This document shows, piece by piece, positions 37,128 through 47,372 of a DNA stretch of 47,372 bases. The notes beneath the pieces are model-generated. The model saw only the letters and a program-made list of their open reading frames with translations, was not told the DNA's origin and ran no database searches. Both the position numbers and the translations under genes were made by a program. The stretch is from Octopus bimaculoides. Taxonomy: Eukaryota. The stretch covers positions 76,889,006 through 76,936,377 of the forward strand of contig NC_068984.1 of assembly GCF_001194135.2 (NCBI RefSeq), read 5' to 3'. Positions within the stretch are counted from its first letter, which is position 1. The number at the start of each line of letters is the position of its first letter.

Positions 37128-37245
37128 ATAACTACCGAATAAGTGTCACATACTTTTACAGATAAATTCCTCTATTTACATAATAATAATCTATGGCAAA
37201 AAACAACGAAAATCAATGTAAGTAATCTCCACAAACCATGAGTTC

Positions 37246-37307
37246 ACATAGATTTACCAGTTTACTACAATGAAGGACATAGATTTACCACTTTACTAGA
37301 ATGAAGG
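37246..37307. repeat. 31-bp tandem duplication (ACATAGATTTACCA.TTTACTA.AATGAAGG x2)
   Basis: Direct. Confidence 0.95.
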
Positions 37308-37339
37308 ACAACTCAAACTAAAGAGACTAAGATATAAAT

Positions 37340-40300
37340 ATCAACAGTGTACCGTAGAAGATGGAGATTACCTGAATGGTTCTACCGGTAACGGCACATG
37401 TCTGTTGCTTCCCGATTAAGCCATCCGCGACACGCGCCAATCTTTTCGATAACTCTTTGGCCAAAATCTTTAACTTTGTTTAGCATAGAAAATTCTCCCC
37501 CTTGTTCAGGTCCTTTCTGACAAGCGTCACCACTCCCCGGCGCACCGATCTGGAAATGAACCCATTCTGCTGCCAGTTCGCATAGACATTCGCCAGCAGG
37601 TGCCCGAACAAGTCTGACATACTCTTATACAGTTCATAGGGTAGACCATCTAGTTCCGGCACCTTACTCGAGTCGCAGTCCGCCATAGCCTCAATTACCT
37701 CTTCAGGGTTGATCGGCCCTTCACAACACTCCGTGTTCTGCCCCGAGAGGCGCTGCAGCCCGGCGAGGAAGTATGTTAGGTCCCACATACTGTCCAGTCC
37801 ACCCCAAAAAGTTAGGCGAAGTGCTCCTGAAAAACCTCACACATCTCCTCGGGTTCATTTATCAACTTACCTCGTTGGTTCGTCAAAGATCGGATTGTGC
37901 CATCGTTTCCACGTTGGGCTTCCACCATTCGGGCCCATCCTGCGGCCTTGATTCCTTCACAATCCAATGTACGAATCCTAGCTCTGACAATGCAACCCAT
38001 ATGTTGAGCTTCGAGGTACTGGCTTAATGCCAGTCTCTTGGCCGTCACCGGAGCTGCAGAGCCAGATTCCATTGCTTCCTCTAACTCCTTAGCTAATGCT
38101 AACCCCTTCCTAGCCTCTCTAGTCACTAAACCTATACCATATCTAATAGACTCAAATTTAATGGCTCACTTGAGGGCATACCACCATTTGTTATTAATAA
38201 CAAATCCGGTTAAAGCCCTCTGAATCAATAACTTAATCCGGTCTCTGTACTCCTTAATCGTTAAAAGGCACGTAAGTTTTCAGTAGCCGGATCCTATATT
38301 ATATAACTTATCTGTGTCGAGCGTACAGGTGATTATTTTATGATCACTGTAGCTGACTGGGAATAACTGTTGACAGCTAACAATGTCCTTATCTGCTTTT
38401 CTAATTAACACCCTATTTAGGTATGACCTGGAAGATCCGTCGCTGTTTGACCATGTCCACAATGGAGCGTTCGGAAATTCCTACCTATAAGGATCTGCTC
38501 GCTTAAAGCGGGGTAGCAGTTCTAGGAAGCAAGGATTACCTCTTTTTTCAGAACACGAGTCACCATAATCTATGCGTGCGACGCAGATTGTGTTATAGTC
38601 TCCTAGCACAACTACAGAATGAGATATACCGAGAAACTTCTCCAGGTTCTGAAAATACTCAGTTTGCCCGTTTTCAATGAGTGCATACATTGCAACTAGC
38701 CTGATAATCTGACCATGACTGAGCGTCAAATCCACGACGACCAGCCTACTTTCTCAGAAACTCGGTTTCTTTTTAACAGGACCAACACCCCCTCCTGCCA
38801 GCAGGACAGCCCGGAGAGAAAAAACTCTCGTAGCCATCAAATAGCGGGAGGAGACCTCTTGGTTCCCTTAACCGGGTTTCCGTAGCAACAATGACATCCA
38901 AATTGTGCGACCTGATGTCATTAACGAAGCAACCTTGCTTCCAGCTTCCCCAGGCCACACACATTCAAGCAACCAGCATGAATACAAGCCATCTACTCAC
39001 CTTGACATCAGTGGCTGCCGGCCTTTTCTTTTTCCTTTACACGGGCTCGTGGGGTGGTTTGACATAAGTCCTCGTACATGAACTTACTGAAGTCCAACCT
39101 CGGAGGGCCTATGGCTATGGGAAAATAAGATTTTAATATTCCGGATGTTTTGTATAGTATTCTTTGTACATTTTTGCTGTTGGGATATTTTTAATACGTG
39201 TTGACAATTGTTCGTTCTTGGCATTTACTGCCACTAATAATAGTTTGCTTTGCCAGTTTTTTCCGGGACTAGAGGGGAGGGATGATTTTCCTAGGCTGGG
39301 CAAAGGGATATACGGGGGAGGGGATATCAGGACTGTAGAAGGGGAATGGGAGGGGTGTAATATCAAGGCTGAAGGAAAGGGAGGGGAGAGAGGATATTAG
39401 GGCTGGAAGGAGAGGGTATTGCTGGTTTTTTTTCTTGGTGAATAGTGGTGGGAGGGGTAGTTTGAATTTCGTGTGTGTCTGCTGAAGGAGCTTTTTTTTC
39501 TTGTTCGTGCTGGGTGTTGAGGGGGTGAGAGTGGGGTTCTTTCTTTTGGGTACTTTTTTTATTTTTACAGTCAACCAACCGTCTTCACTCCCAACTGGTT
39601 GAATGTTTCCATTGTTGGAAACCTGCTGGTTCGTCTTCTGTGTCTCTGCCTCTTCTTTTGGGGCCGTCTCCACCTTACGGGTAGGACAGTTTGTTCGAAT
39701 GTGGCCCTTCTCTCCACATTCGAAGCACCGGGGTCTTCTCCCCTCCACCATTACCCATAAGGTGGTTTCTTCTCCGAGGTGAATATTTTCCACGATCTTT
39801 TGTAGGGTCTGTGGTGCCGCTTGGATGATAACCTCGAGTTCTGCTGGTGGATTTTTGAGGCCACCAGTATTGTTATCTTTTCTTCGAGCCCCATTAGTAG
39901 GGCTAAGTATAGCCATGTGATGTCAATTTCGGGCGGGATCACTTCTATTGTAATCTTTGATGTGCGCCTGCCTAAGTATGTTGGCAGCAACTCAATGCCT
40001 GTGGTTCTCAAAGGTTTCACTAAGTGTGTTTTAGTCTTCTCTTCGCTTTTGAAATAAACTTCTACGGTTGCAAGGCGTTTTCCTCTGGTCAGGTACTCTA
40101 TGTCCTGCCAGATCGGTTGTAGGCATTTTTCTATTTCTTCCTTTGGTGCTTTGTCGATTTAAAAAAAATTTTTTAATTGGGTTTTAAACACGATTATTTT
40201 CTTAGCAGTTTTCTCAATGATTTCGCTCGAGAGGGTGGCTTTTATGTCGTATCCCTCCTTCGAAAACATGTTTTGGTGCTGCATTTGCACACTTCGTTCT

Positions 40301-40630
40301 ATACGCAATTTTTCTTTTTTGACTCCATCCACAGCTACAAAGTTTAACTTTTTTGGCTGTTCAACAAGTTTCTCTGCCACTTGCATGCTTAACATTTCAT
40401 TCATTTTATCACAGTTTTTTTCCCTCTTCAGAAGAAGTATTCATCTTTAACAAAATTTGCGGAAAAACACTACAAAAATACATAATTCTCCCTCTCACAG
40501 AGGGGAATAGAAGTTCACACCGTCTGCCACACGTAGAACGCTATTAATAACAACACAGCAAGGAAAACAATTCAATAACAACAATTTCAACACTAACCTT
40601 CAAATAAAAAAACACCACATAAGTATTCAC
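37340..40630 (-). mobile_element. Tx1/L1-like LINE: 5' UTR, ORF1 (~40444-39008, CCHC knuckle), ORF2 APE endonuclease and RT N-terminal part; 3'-truncated, frameshifted
   Basis: CFECGEKGHIRTNC; CLNVCGL..VIVATETRL; VVLGDYN; YLNRVLI..YSDHK; KVPELDGLPYELY; LIGKQQTCAVTGRTIQ. Confidence 0.9.
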
Positions 40631-40637
40631 AAGTCAC

Positions 40638-40692
40638 AATATCGCTAAGCATTTTGCCCGGCGTGCTAACGTTTCTGCCAGCTTGCCACCAT
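40638..40692 (-). mobile_element. Truncated head of a family A SINE abutting the Tx1 5' region
   Basis: GGCAAGCTGGCAGAAACGTTAGCACGCCGGGCAAAATGCTTAGCGATATT, then homology stops. Confidence 0.75.
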
Positions 40693-42699
40693 ACTACATC
40701 TAAATTATGGAGTTTAAATCAACATTTTCACCTAAGAGATATAAATATTGAAAACTACTAAAACAAATATATCCTAATAAAATTATTCTACATATAACAA
40801 AACCCCACGTGCTGCAAACAAATTAAGAGACCATACTTATGTCTTAGCCCCTTGTTGCCAAAAGACTAAAAAGACCGTTAAATGTTAATTGGCTGTACTC
40901 AATATTAACTGCCCAACAGACATGATGTTCAGTGTTGTGAACAACTACCCAGCGGAAGTGACGTTTTATATAACAATGATTGACAGTCAACCCCCAAAAC
41001 GTCTAAACTGTGATTTAATCCAACCTTAAGTAATAACTAACATTTCTTACAGTTTGGGGCCCAGCTGCAAACCAGAAGTTATTCCATATTCTCTCAAAAT
41101 TTCAGCATATTTCCCGAAGCAATGGTTAAAACATTTAACTAATCTTTTAGCATTCTAAACTTGTATTTCCACGTGCACCTTTCACATATAGACCCTATCC
41201 CCAAACTTCCGACTTTATTTATTATTCTAAAGACGAATTCTACGATTCGCCCAACGCAACGATACAATGAAAATATACACAGTATAAGAAATTATTTAAA
41301 TATGAACGCACAGTATCATTTTTTCTATTCTAATTTTAACGATACATTTCAGATTTTTCCTAAAACGTCATTATTTATTTATAAAAAATCTTAACTTGGT
41401 ATTCAAAATGGTAATATTGCTTCTTGTCTTTGAATCCTTTGCTCATTTATCATAAACTGCAATTTATTATCTTAAATTTTGCGTGACACCGGAACGTTTG
41501 CCGTAGAATTGTTTATTTTTAAGTGTGAGAAACATGAACTAGAAGATACTAATCATATTTCAGTGAAATCACGTGTACAAACCAATCCGAAATTTATAGT
41601 AATATTTATTGCTTTTGATTGTTTGAAGGCATGTTTTGAATCGACTTGAAAGATTCAAAATGCATTTTAGTCAATTATATGCGTTACAATGTTAAGAATG
41701 TCACATGAAAGGTGATGCAATCTTCCAGACGAGTCGCTTACCAGAAACATCGAATAACACTTTAAAGCTATTATTTCTATTCTGTCTAACCAATTACTTA
41801 CATAACTACGTGTGTGAATCTTTATGTAAACACACACAAAGCAAATACTTGGTCATATTGGTAGTTTGTTGAATTGACATGCTACACTCTCTGATGCCAT
41901 GTTCAATAATGACGTCTATCAAAGCAAAAAAATAATAAATAAATAAAAACAGGTGTCAGAATATTTGTAAGGAAAAAGACTGCCTGGCGTCTAGGTTATT
42001 AGAGATGAACCAAATCTACCATTAACAATACATCCAAAAGTATTGGTAAACATTAAGGGCAAATCTCATCTGTCTATTAAAATGCAGTGGTGATAAACTG
42101 TTATATCAAATCCTGCCAAAGTTAAGATATCAAAAAAGTCTTGATAATTCAACTACCAAAACGTCGTAGAAGGAAAAGGATTTCACCAGAAATAAAAACG
42201 TACAAGTGATTAATTTCAAAGATACATTTGACGGTGTGTATGTAGTTCTATTATGCAGCATGCTATACCATTTTAATATTCACCTTGTTTTTAATAAATT
42301 TCATGTTTTAATATATATCTTCCCATGTTCCCAACTATAAAAACTAGTGAAGTATGAGATGACAGAGAAAACATATGGAGAAGCTACCTTAATATGAAGT
42401 TATTTAATAATGATATGACTTGTATTTTATTTTGGTTGTCGAGTTTACTAATTCAAAAATCGCTGCTGGGGCTAATTTGAAAAAAATATTTTATTGTTTT
42501 CTAAAGAATATGATGAGATGTAATTACGCAGGAGTTGCACGCAAAATTTATACTAATATCATTTGTTTAGATACAAGGACAATTCTCTTATAGAAAAGCA
42601 CATAGTTAATTGAAGTGACCTCAATTATGTTTACGTCTCCTGATTTTATAATCTGCGTAAAAAAAATAACTGCACTGTGTAAACTCATTAGATATGAGC

Positions 42700-43560
42700 T
42701 GAGATTTGAAGAAAATACTAAATACTGTTTATGCGTTTCATTCACTGTCATTCCATTTCCATTAACTCACCACAGTTACAAAAATGACAAGCATCAGGTA
42801 CCGACAGCATTTTTATCGAACGCCTTCAGTTTATCTAAACTGTCCGATTTCCAACTAAGTTCAGATCTACATCCAATTCTCACTTTAATGTGTAGCATGA
42901 GGTGAAAGTTGTCTCGAATTGATCGCCTGGAAAGAAACAAAAACATATTGGTTGACTATTGCAAGCATTCGGGCGAGCTCTGAGTTCGAGGATACTTTTC
43001 TACCGTCCAGCTGCCTCGCGGGGCCTGTTATGGGTCATTACCTTTGGATTTCCCTTCTGAATAAAAAGTAATATTTGTTTGATGTAACAAATTTTCAAAC
43101 CTCACTTTAGCTTATTTAGATAAAATTTGTAACTCCGCAGTTTTTGCTAAAATTATCTGCCGTGTCTCCGTCATTAATGTTTTTCATTAAAAGGACAAAT
43201 ATGCAATGGCTTACACCACTCGTGGTGTTCCCAATTTGCTGCTATTTACTGTACACATGAAACATGAGCTGAGAAGACAAGTCTGATATGCCCTAATGGA
43301 TTTTGTTGAGCAGATCATATCGTGCTGGCGATTTTTCTTTCAAACATCCAATCAGTAATTTCACAACCTAAGATGTTGTTATCGGTCATTGTACCATTTC
43401 ACCCTCTGCTGTAGAGCAGTAAATTCCTCCTCCCAAATAGTGTGGTGGTCTGGTAAAATTTGTAAAGGCTACCCCAAGTGTTTGATATAGGACGCCACGC
43501 ACGTCTATGGCTTAGTTGCCGCATGATAGCTGTTGCTTCTTGAGTTACTCTGACTGACAC
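42700..43560 (-). pseudogene. Possible degenerate Ty3/Gypsy integrase remnant
   Basis: RYDLLNKIH*G, FHVY..QQI..SHC (HHCC-like), LAIVNQY (cf. LxIVDYYS), KLKAF..G.PD; many stops and frameshifts. Confidence 0.35.
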
Positions 43561-43976
43561 ATACGGATCATAAAAACGTTCTCGACTTTAACGTGGTTGT
43601 TATATTGCAGCTGAATTTTTTTTTGACAAAATTACATTTATCATTAATGCCACTGTTGCTGCTGTTGTTTTCACAGTCAATTATCATCAGTCTTACATTG
43701 AGATTCTCATTGTGGCCATTTAGTTTTGCTAATGATGTTACTTTGCTTCAAGCTGGTCTGTTTTGTGACTGTCGACCATCAATACATACACTGATATTTT
43801 ATTAGCATTTTATCTTGCGTCTCATTCTGCATTAGCATTATTTATCTGATTTACTTTAGGTCAATCTATTAAATTTACTTTTGACCATAGTTTAAACTTA
43901 TTGAAAATAATGTTCAGCCTTTATATTTTTTGAGTTTTGACTCAAATAGGTAAAAAAAATGTTATTGGTAAAAAAG

Positions 43977-44041
43977 CAGTTACTGTAAAAAGAGTGAACT
44001 AACTGTAAAAAGTTACAGTTACTGTAAAAAGAGTGGACTAA
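43977..44041. repeat. 39-bp period tandem duplication (CAGTTACTGTAAAAAGAGTG..)
   Basis: Direct. Confidence 0.85.
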
Positions 44042-44299
44042 GGACTTGAAAAACCGCGAGATAAGAAGAGAATGCTTAAATGTATTGCAACAGAACTTGA
44101 AATTTGTATTTAAATAATATACCCACCAGAAACGTTCGGATCGAAAGCAAAAGAGAAAAAAATTTAAAGGAAACATTCATTTGTCCTTCAGAAAAGTATA
44201 AGTAGCTGAACTGGGGCTTAGTTGAACTTGATGAGAAGAAACAATAACAAAAACAGGGTAATTTGTGAAAGAAAGTGTTACAACTTCAGTTACTTAGAT

Positions 44300-45617
44300 A
44301 GTTCCACAGACACATCAAGAAAGAGAAAAATTCGCAAATCCATGTGAAAGGGAAAACATTCCTGATTCCCAAATCCACGGAAACGGAAAAGCCACAAAAC
44401 TGCAGACCTATAACTTGTTTCCCTACAATCCACAAAGCCTTTACTGCAATAACATCGGAAAGATTGAGTAAGCAGCTGGAAGAAAACAACCTATTTCCAG
44501 AAGAGCAGAAGGGATGCTGCAAGGGCTCATACGGCTGTAAAGATCAATTAATGATCAATAAAGCGATAACTGAAGACAGCCGCAGAAAGAAGAAAGACCT
44601 CAGTATGGCCTGGATCGACTATCAAAAGGCCTTTGATAGTGTTCCCCACACGTGGATGCTAGAAACGCTAGCCATAAACAAGGTGGTACCAATAATTATA
44701 AAATACATAAGACACTCTATGAATAAATGGCAGTCAGTGCTACAGCTCCGAACAAAAGAGGGACTCAGGAAAACGAAAGCCATCCCCATTAGAAGAGGAA
44801 TATTCCTTGGAGACACGCTCTCTCCACTCCTGTTCTGCTTGGCACTGACACCTTTATCTGAATTGCTAAATAGAACTGGATGCGGATACAAATGCTACGG
44901 CAAAACAATCAGCCACCTTTTATATATGGATGTCCTAAAACAATACGCTACAAATGATAAACAGCTGGAAACACTACTACAGACAGTACATGGCTTTGCC
45001 AAAGAAATAGATATGAAATTTGGATTATAAAAATGTGCCAAAGCAACCCTGAAAAGAGGAAAACTATCTAAGAGTAGCAACATCACACTAGATAAAGCCA
45101 ATGAAATAAGAGAATTAGACCAAAGCCAGAATACAAATATTTAGGAATCAATGAACTAGATAAGATACAATACACACAAATGAAAGAGCAAATAAAGAAA
45201 GAATACTATAGGCGAGTTAGATCAATACTAAAAATAGAGCTCAATGCTAAAAACAAGATAATAGGTATTAACACATTAGCCGTCACAGTTATAAGTTACA
45301 GCTACAAGATCCTTAACTTGAGACTTAACGAACTAACGAAAATAGACAGGAAAACAAGAAATATAATGACAGGATCTAGGATGCACCACCCAAAATCTGA
45401 CAGAGAAAAGCTATATAAACAACGCACAGAAGGTGGGAGAGGCCTTATACAGCTGGAAAACTATTATAAAATAACCACCATAGGACTGCAAAAGCACCTA
45501 CTTTAGAAGCAAGGAAAACTAATACCAATAACCACAAAACACGAGCAAAACAAAAAACTGCTTTCAGTATTTAAAGAAGCTGACAAATACAAACAAGAAA
45601 TCATACTACCTAATAAA

Positions 45618-45648
<31 letters not shown>

Positions 45649-46858
45649 AAGAAGAAGACCTGGTAATAGAGGAAACTCAAAATACAAANNNNNNNNNNNN
45701 NNNNNNNNNNNNNNNNNNNNNNNNNNNNNNNNNNNNNNNNNNNNNNNNNNNNNNNNNNNNNNNNNNNNNNNNNNNNNNNNNNNNNNNNNNNNNNNNNNNN
45801 NNNNNNNNNNNNNNNNNNNNNNNNNNNNNNNNNNNNNNNNNNNNNNNNNNNNNNNNNNNNNNNNNNNNNNNNNNNNNNNNNNNNNNNNNNNNNNNNNNNN
45901 NNNNNNNNNNNNNNNNNNNNNNNNNNNNNNNNNNNNNNNNNNNNNNNNNNNNNNNNNNNNNNNNNNNNNNNNNNNNNNNNNNNNNNNNNNNNNNNNNNNN
46001 NNNNNNNNNNNNNNNNNNNNNNNNNNNNNNNNNNNNNNNNNNNNNNNNNNNNNNNNNNNNNNNNNNNNNNNNNNNNNNNNNNNNNNNNNNNNNNNNNNNN
46101 NNNNNNNNNNNNNNNNNNNNNNNNNNNNNNNNNNNNNNNNNNNNNNNNNNNNNNNNNNNNNNNNNNNNNNNNNNNNNNNNNNNNNNNNNAGAATATGTGG
46201 AGATGGACAAGAAACAATAAATCATATTATCTCTGGCTGCCCAGTCCTGGCTAAGAAGGAATGTATTTACAGGCACGACAGAGCTGGGACCTATATACAC
46301 TGGAAGCTATGCCAACACTATGGAATAACAACAGAAAAAAGATGGTATAAACACACCAGAAAAGGTGACAGAAAACGAGACAGCCACCATACTCTGGGAT
46401 ATGCCAATACACACAGATAGAGAAATTAAGGCCAATAGGCCAGATATAGTTGTCAGAGATCATGAAGGAAAAAAACGCTTTCTAATTGATGTATAAATAC
46501 CAGCAGATGACAACGTTTCTCTAAAAGAAATGGAGAAACTTTCAAAATACAAAGACCTGGAACTCGAATGTGGAATCTAAAAACAGAAACAATTCCTATC
46601 ATAGTAGGCGCCTTAGGTATGATAAAATAATATTCAGACAAATACATAACAAAAACACCAGAACTTACAAATATATATAACATACAGAAAATTGCAGTAT
46701 TGGGCACTGCACACATCCTACGCAAAACACTTTGAACACAGTAACCATAAGAGCATCACAACAAACCACAGCATATACCCAAGGCACACAGAGCTGTGCC
46801 GGGTAGTGAAGTGAAAGCACGCTATAAAAATAAAACTACTGAATGATAATAATAATAA
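44300..46858 (+). mobile_element. R4/Dong-like RLE LINE, longest copy: RT, (GAA)n linker, gap, zinc knuckle, RLE, 3' UTR, (TAA)n tail; degenerate
   Basis: KGKTFLIPK, NCRPITC, EEQKGC..GCKDQL, WIDYQKAFDSVPH, RGIFLGDTLSPLLF, HLLYMD(V)LK, GGRGL; ETINHIISGCP..RHD..YIHWKLC..WYKH.P..ILWDMPIHTDREIKANRPDIV..FLIDV. Confidence 0.93.
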
Positions 46859-46860
46859 TG

Positions 46861-46987
46861 GTTTCAAATTTTTCTACAAGGGCAGCCATTTTAAGGAGGG
46901 GATGTGTCGATTACATCGATTCCAGTGTTCAAATACGGCTAAGCATTTAATTCGGCGCGCTAACGATTCTGCCTGCTCGCCGCCTTT
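46861..46987 (-). mobile_element. Internally deleted family A SINE
   Basis: Head GGCGGCGAGCAGGCAGAATCGTTAGCG joined to the family 3' tail. Confidence 0.75.
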
Positions 46988-47093
46988 ATATTAATAATAA
47001 TAATAATAATACAGTTCTAAGAGATGAGGAATTATTTACATTATTTACATTATTTACATTTGACGGATATTTGTCCTCATCTTGTTTGTTGTT

Positions 47094-47139
47094 AACACAA
47101 CGTTTCGGCTGATATACCCTCCAGCCTTCGTCAGGTGTC
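47094..47139 (-). ncRNA. Minimal type I hammerhead ribozyme motif
   Basis: GACAC-CUGACGA-A-GGCUG-GAGGGUAUAU-CAGCC-GAA-ACGU-U-GUGUU: 5-bp helix I, complete core, 5-bp helix II, palindromic ACGU helix III; predicted cut between 47099 and 47098. Confidence 0.8.
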
Positions 47140-47223
47140 TTGGGGAAAATTTTGAACCTGTGTTCTCATTCCTAACGATGTTACTATTATTATATTATTA
47201 TTATTATTACTATTATTAATCAA

Positions 47224-47295
47224 GTCGCTGCCGTGAATCGAACTCGGAATCTTGGGGTTAGTAGCCCGCGCTCTTAACCACTACGCCATATGCCC
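47224..47295 (-). promoter_or_regulatory. tRNA-derived head with Pol III internal promoter (not a functional tRNA)
   Basis: A-box TGGCGTAGTGG (47288-47278), B-box GAGTTCGATTC (47245-47235), tRNA-like spacing; anticodon and acceptor stems are imperfect. Confidence 0.8.
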
Positions 47296-47372
47296 GTGGG
47301 CAACTATGGAGTGGATTTTAGGGCTTATAAATCTATTATTTTTCTATCCTTCCTCAATACCGGTTCCCATAT

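Larger units (their letters stand above)
47010..47372 (-). mobile_element. Composite tRNA-head/(TAA)n/hammerhead retroelement end (PLE pseudo-LTR-like or retrozyme-like SINE)
   Basis: Order on minus strand: possible ORF end IWEPVLRKDRKIIDL*, tRNA head, (TAA)n, HHR, 9-bp inverted repeat enclosing 3x AATGTAAAT. Runs off the window edge. Confidence 0.65.

Noticed and set aside
37077-37142. AAGATGGCGGCG (YY1/Kozak-like) start of MAASVSAPASETRSF..
   Set aside because: The GC-rich patch is helix II of the hammerhead in a PLE terminus that also occurs at 10.4-10.5 kb; the frame stops after 20 codons with no donor site
42771-42926. Minus-strand exon-like segment with good splice sites and MLVIFVTV at its end
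   Set aside because: All frames are interrupted, no compatible next exon was found, and it lies within a probable Gypsy integrase remnant
47224-47295. Functional tRNA gene (anticodon ACT)
   Set aside because: Acceptor and anticodon stems do not pair fully; it reads as a SINE-type head

Overview
AT-rich, microsatellite-saturated eukaryotic scaffold with several N gaps. The repeat content (tRNA-derived SINEs plus abundant (CA)/(TA)/(TATG)/(TAA) runs) resembles an octopus/cephalopod genome; this is inference, not a database result. No intact host protein-coding gene is supportable, only one weak terminal-exon candidate near 12.3 kb. Almost every interpretable ORF is a decayed transposon: R4/Dong-type RLE LINEs (about 8 fragments, several stacked at (TAA)n), two Tx1/L1-like LINEs, a Penelope-like element (PLE), DD37D maT, mariner and Tigger/pogo DNA transposons, MITEs, a complete 1.1-kb non-autonomous Helitron and many tRNA-derived SINEs. 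The most notable signal is three type I hammerhead-ribozyme (HHR) motifs from two repeat families. One lies in the 3' UTR of the PLE (10460-10522, -), a related solo copy is at 37067-37127 (+), and the third (47094-47139, -) sits downstream of a tRNA-like Pol III promoter head, forming a tRNA-head + (TAA)n + hammerhead unit.
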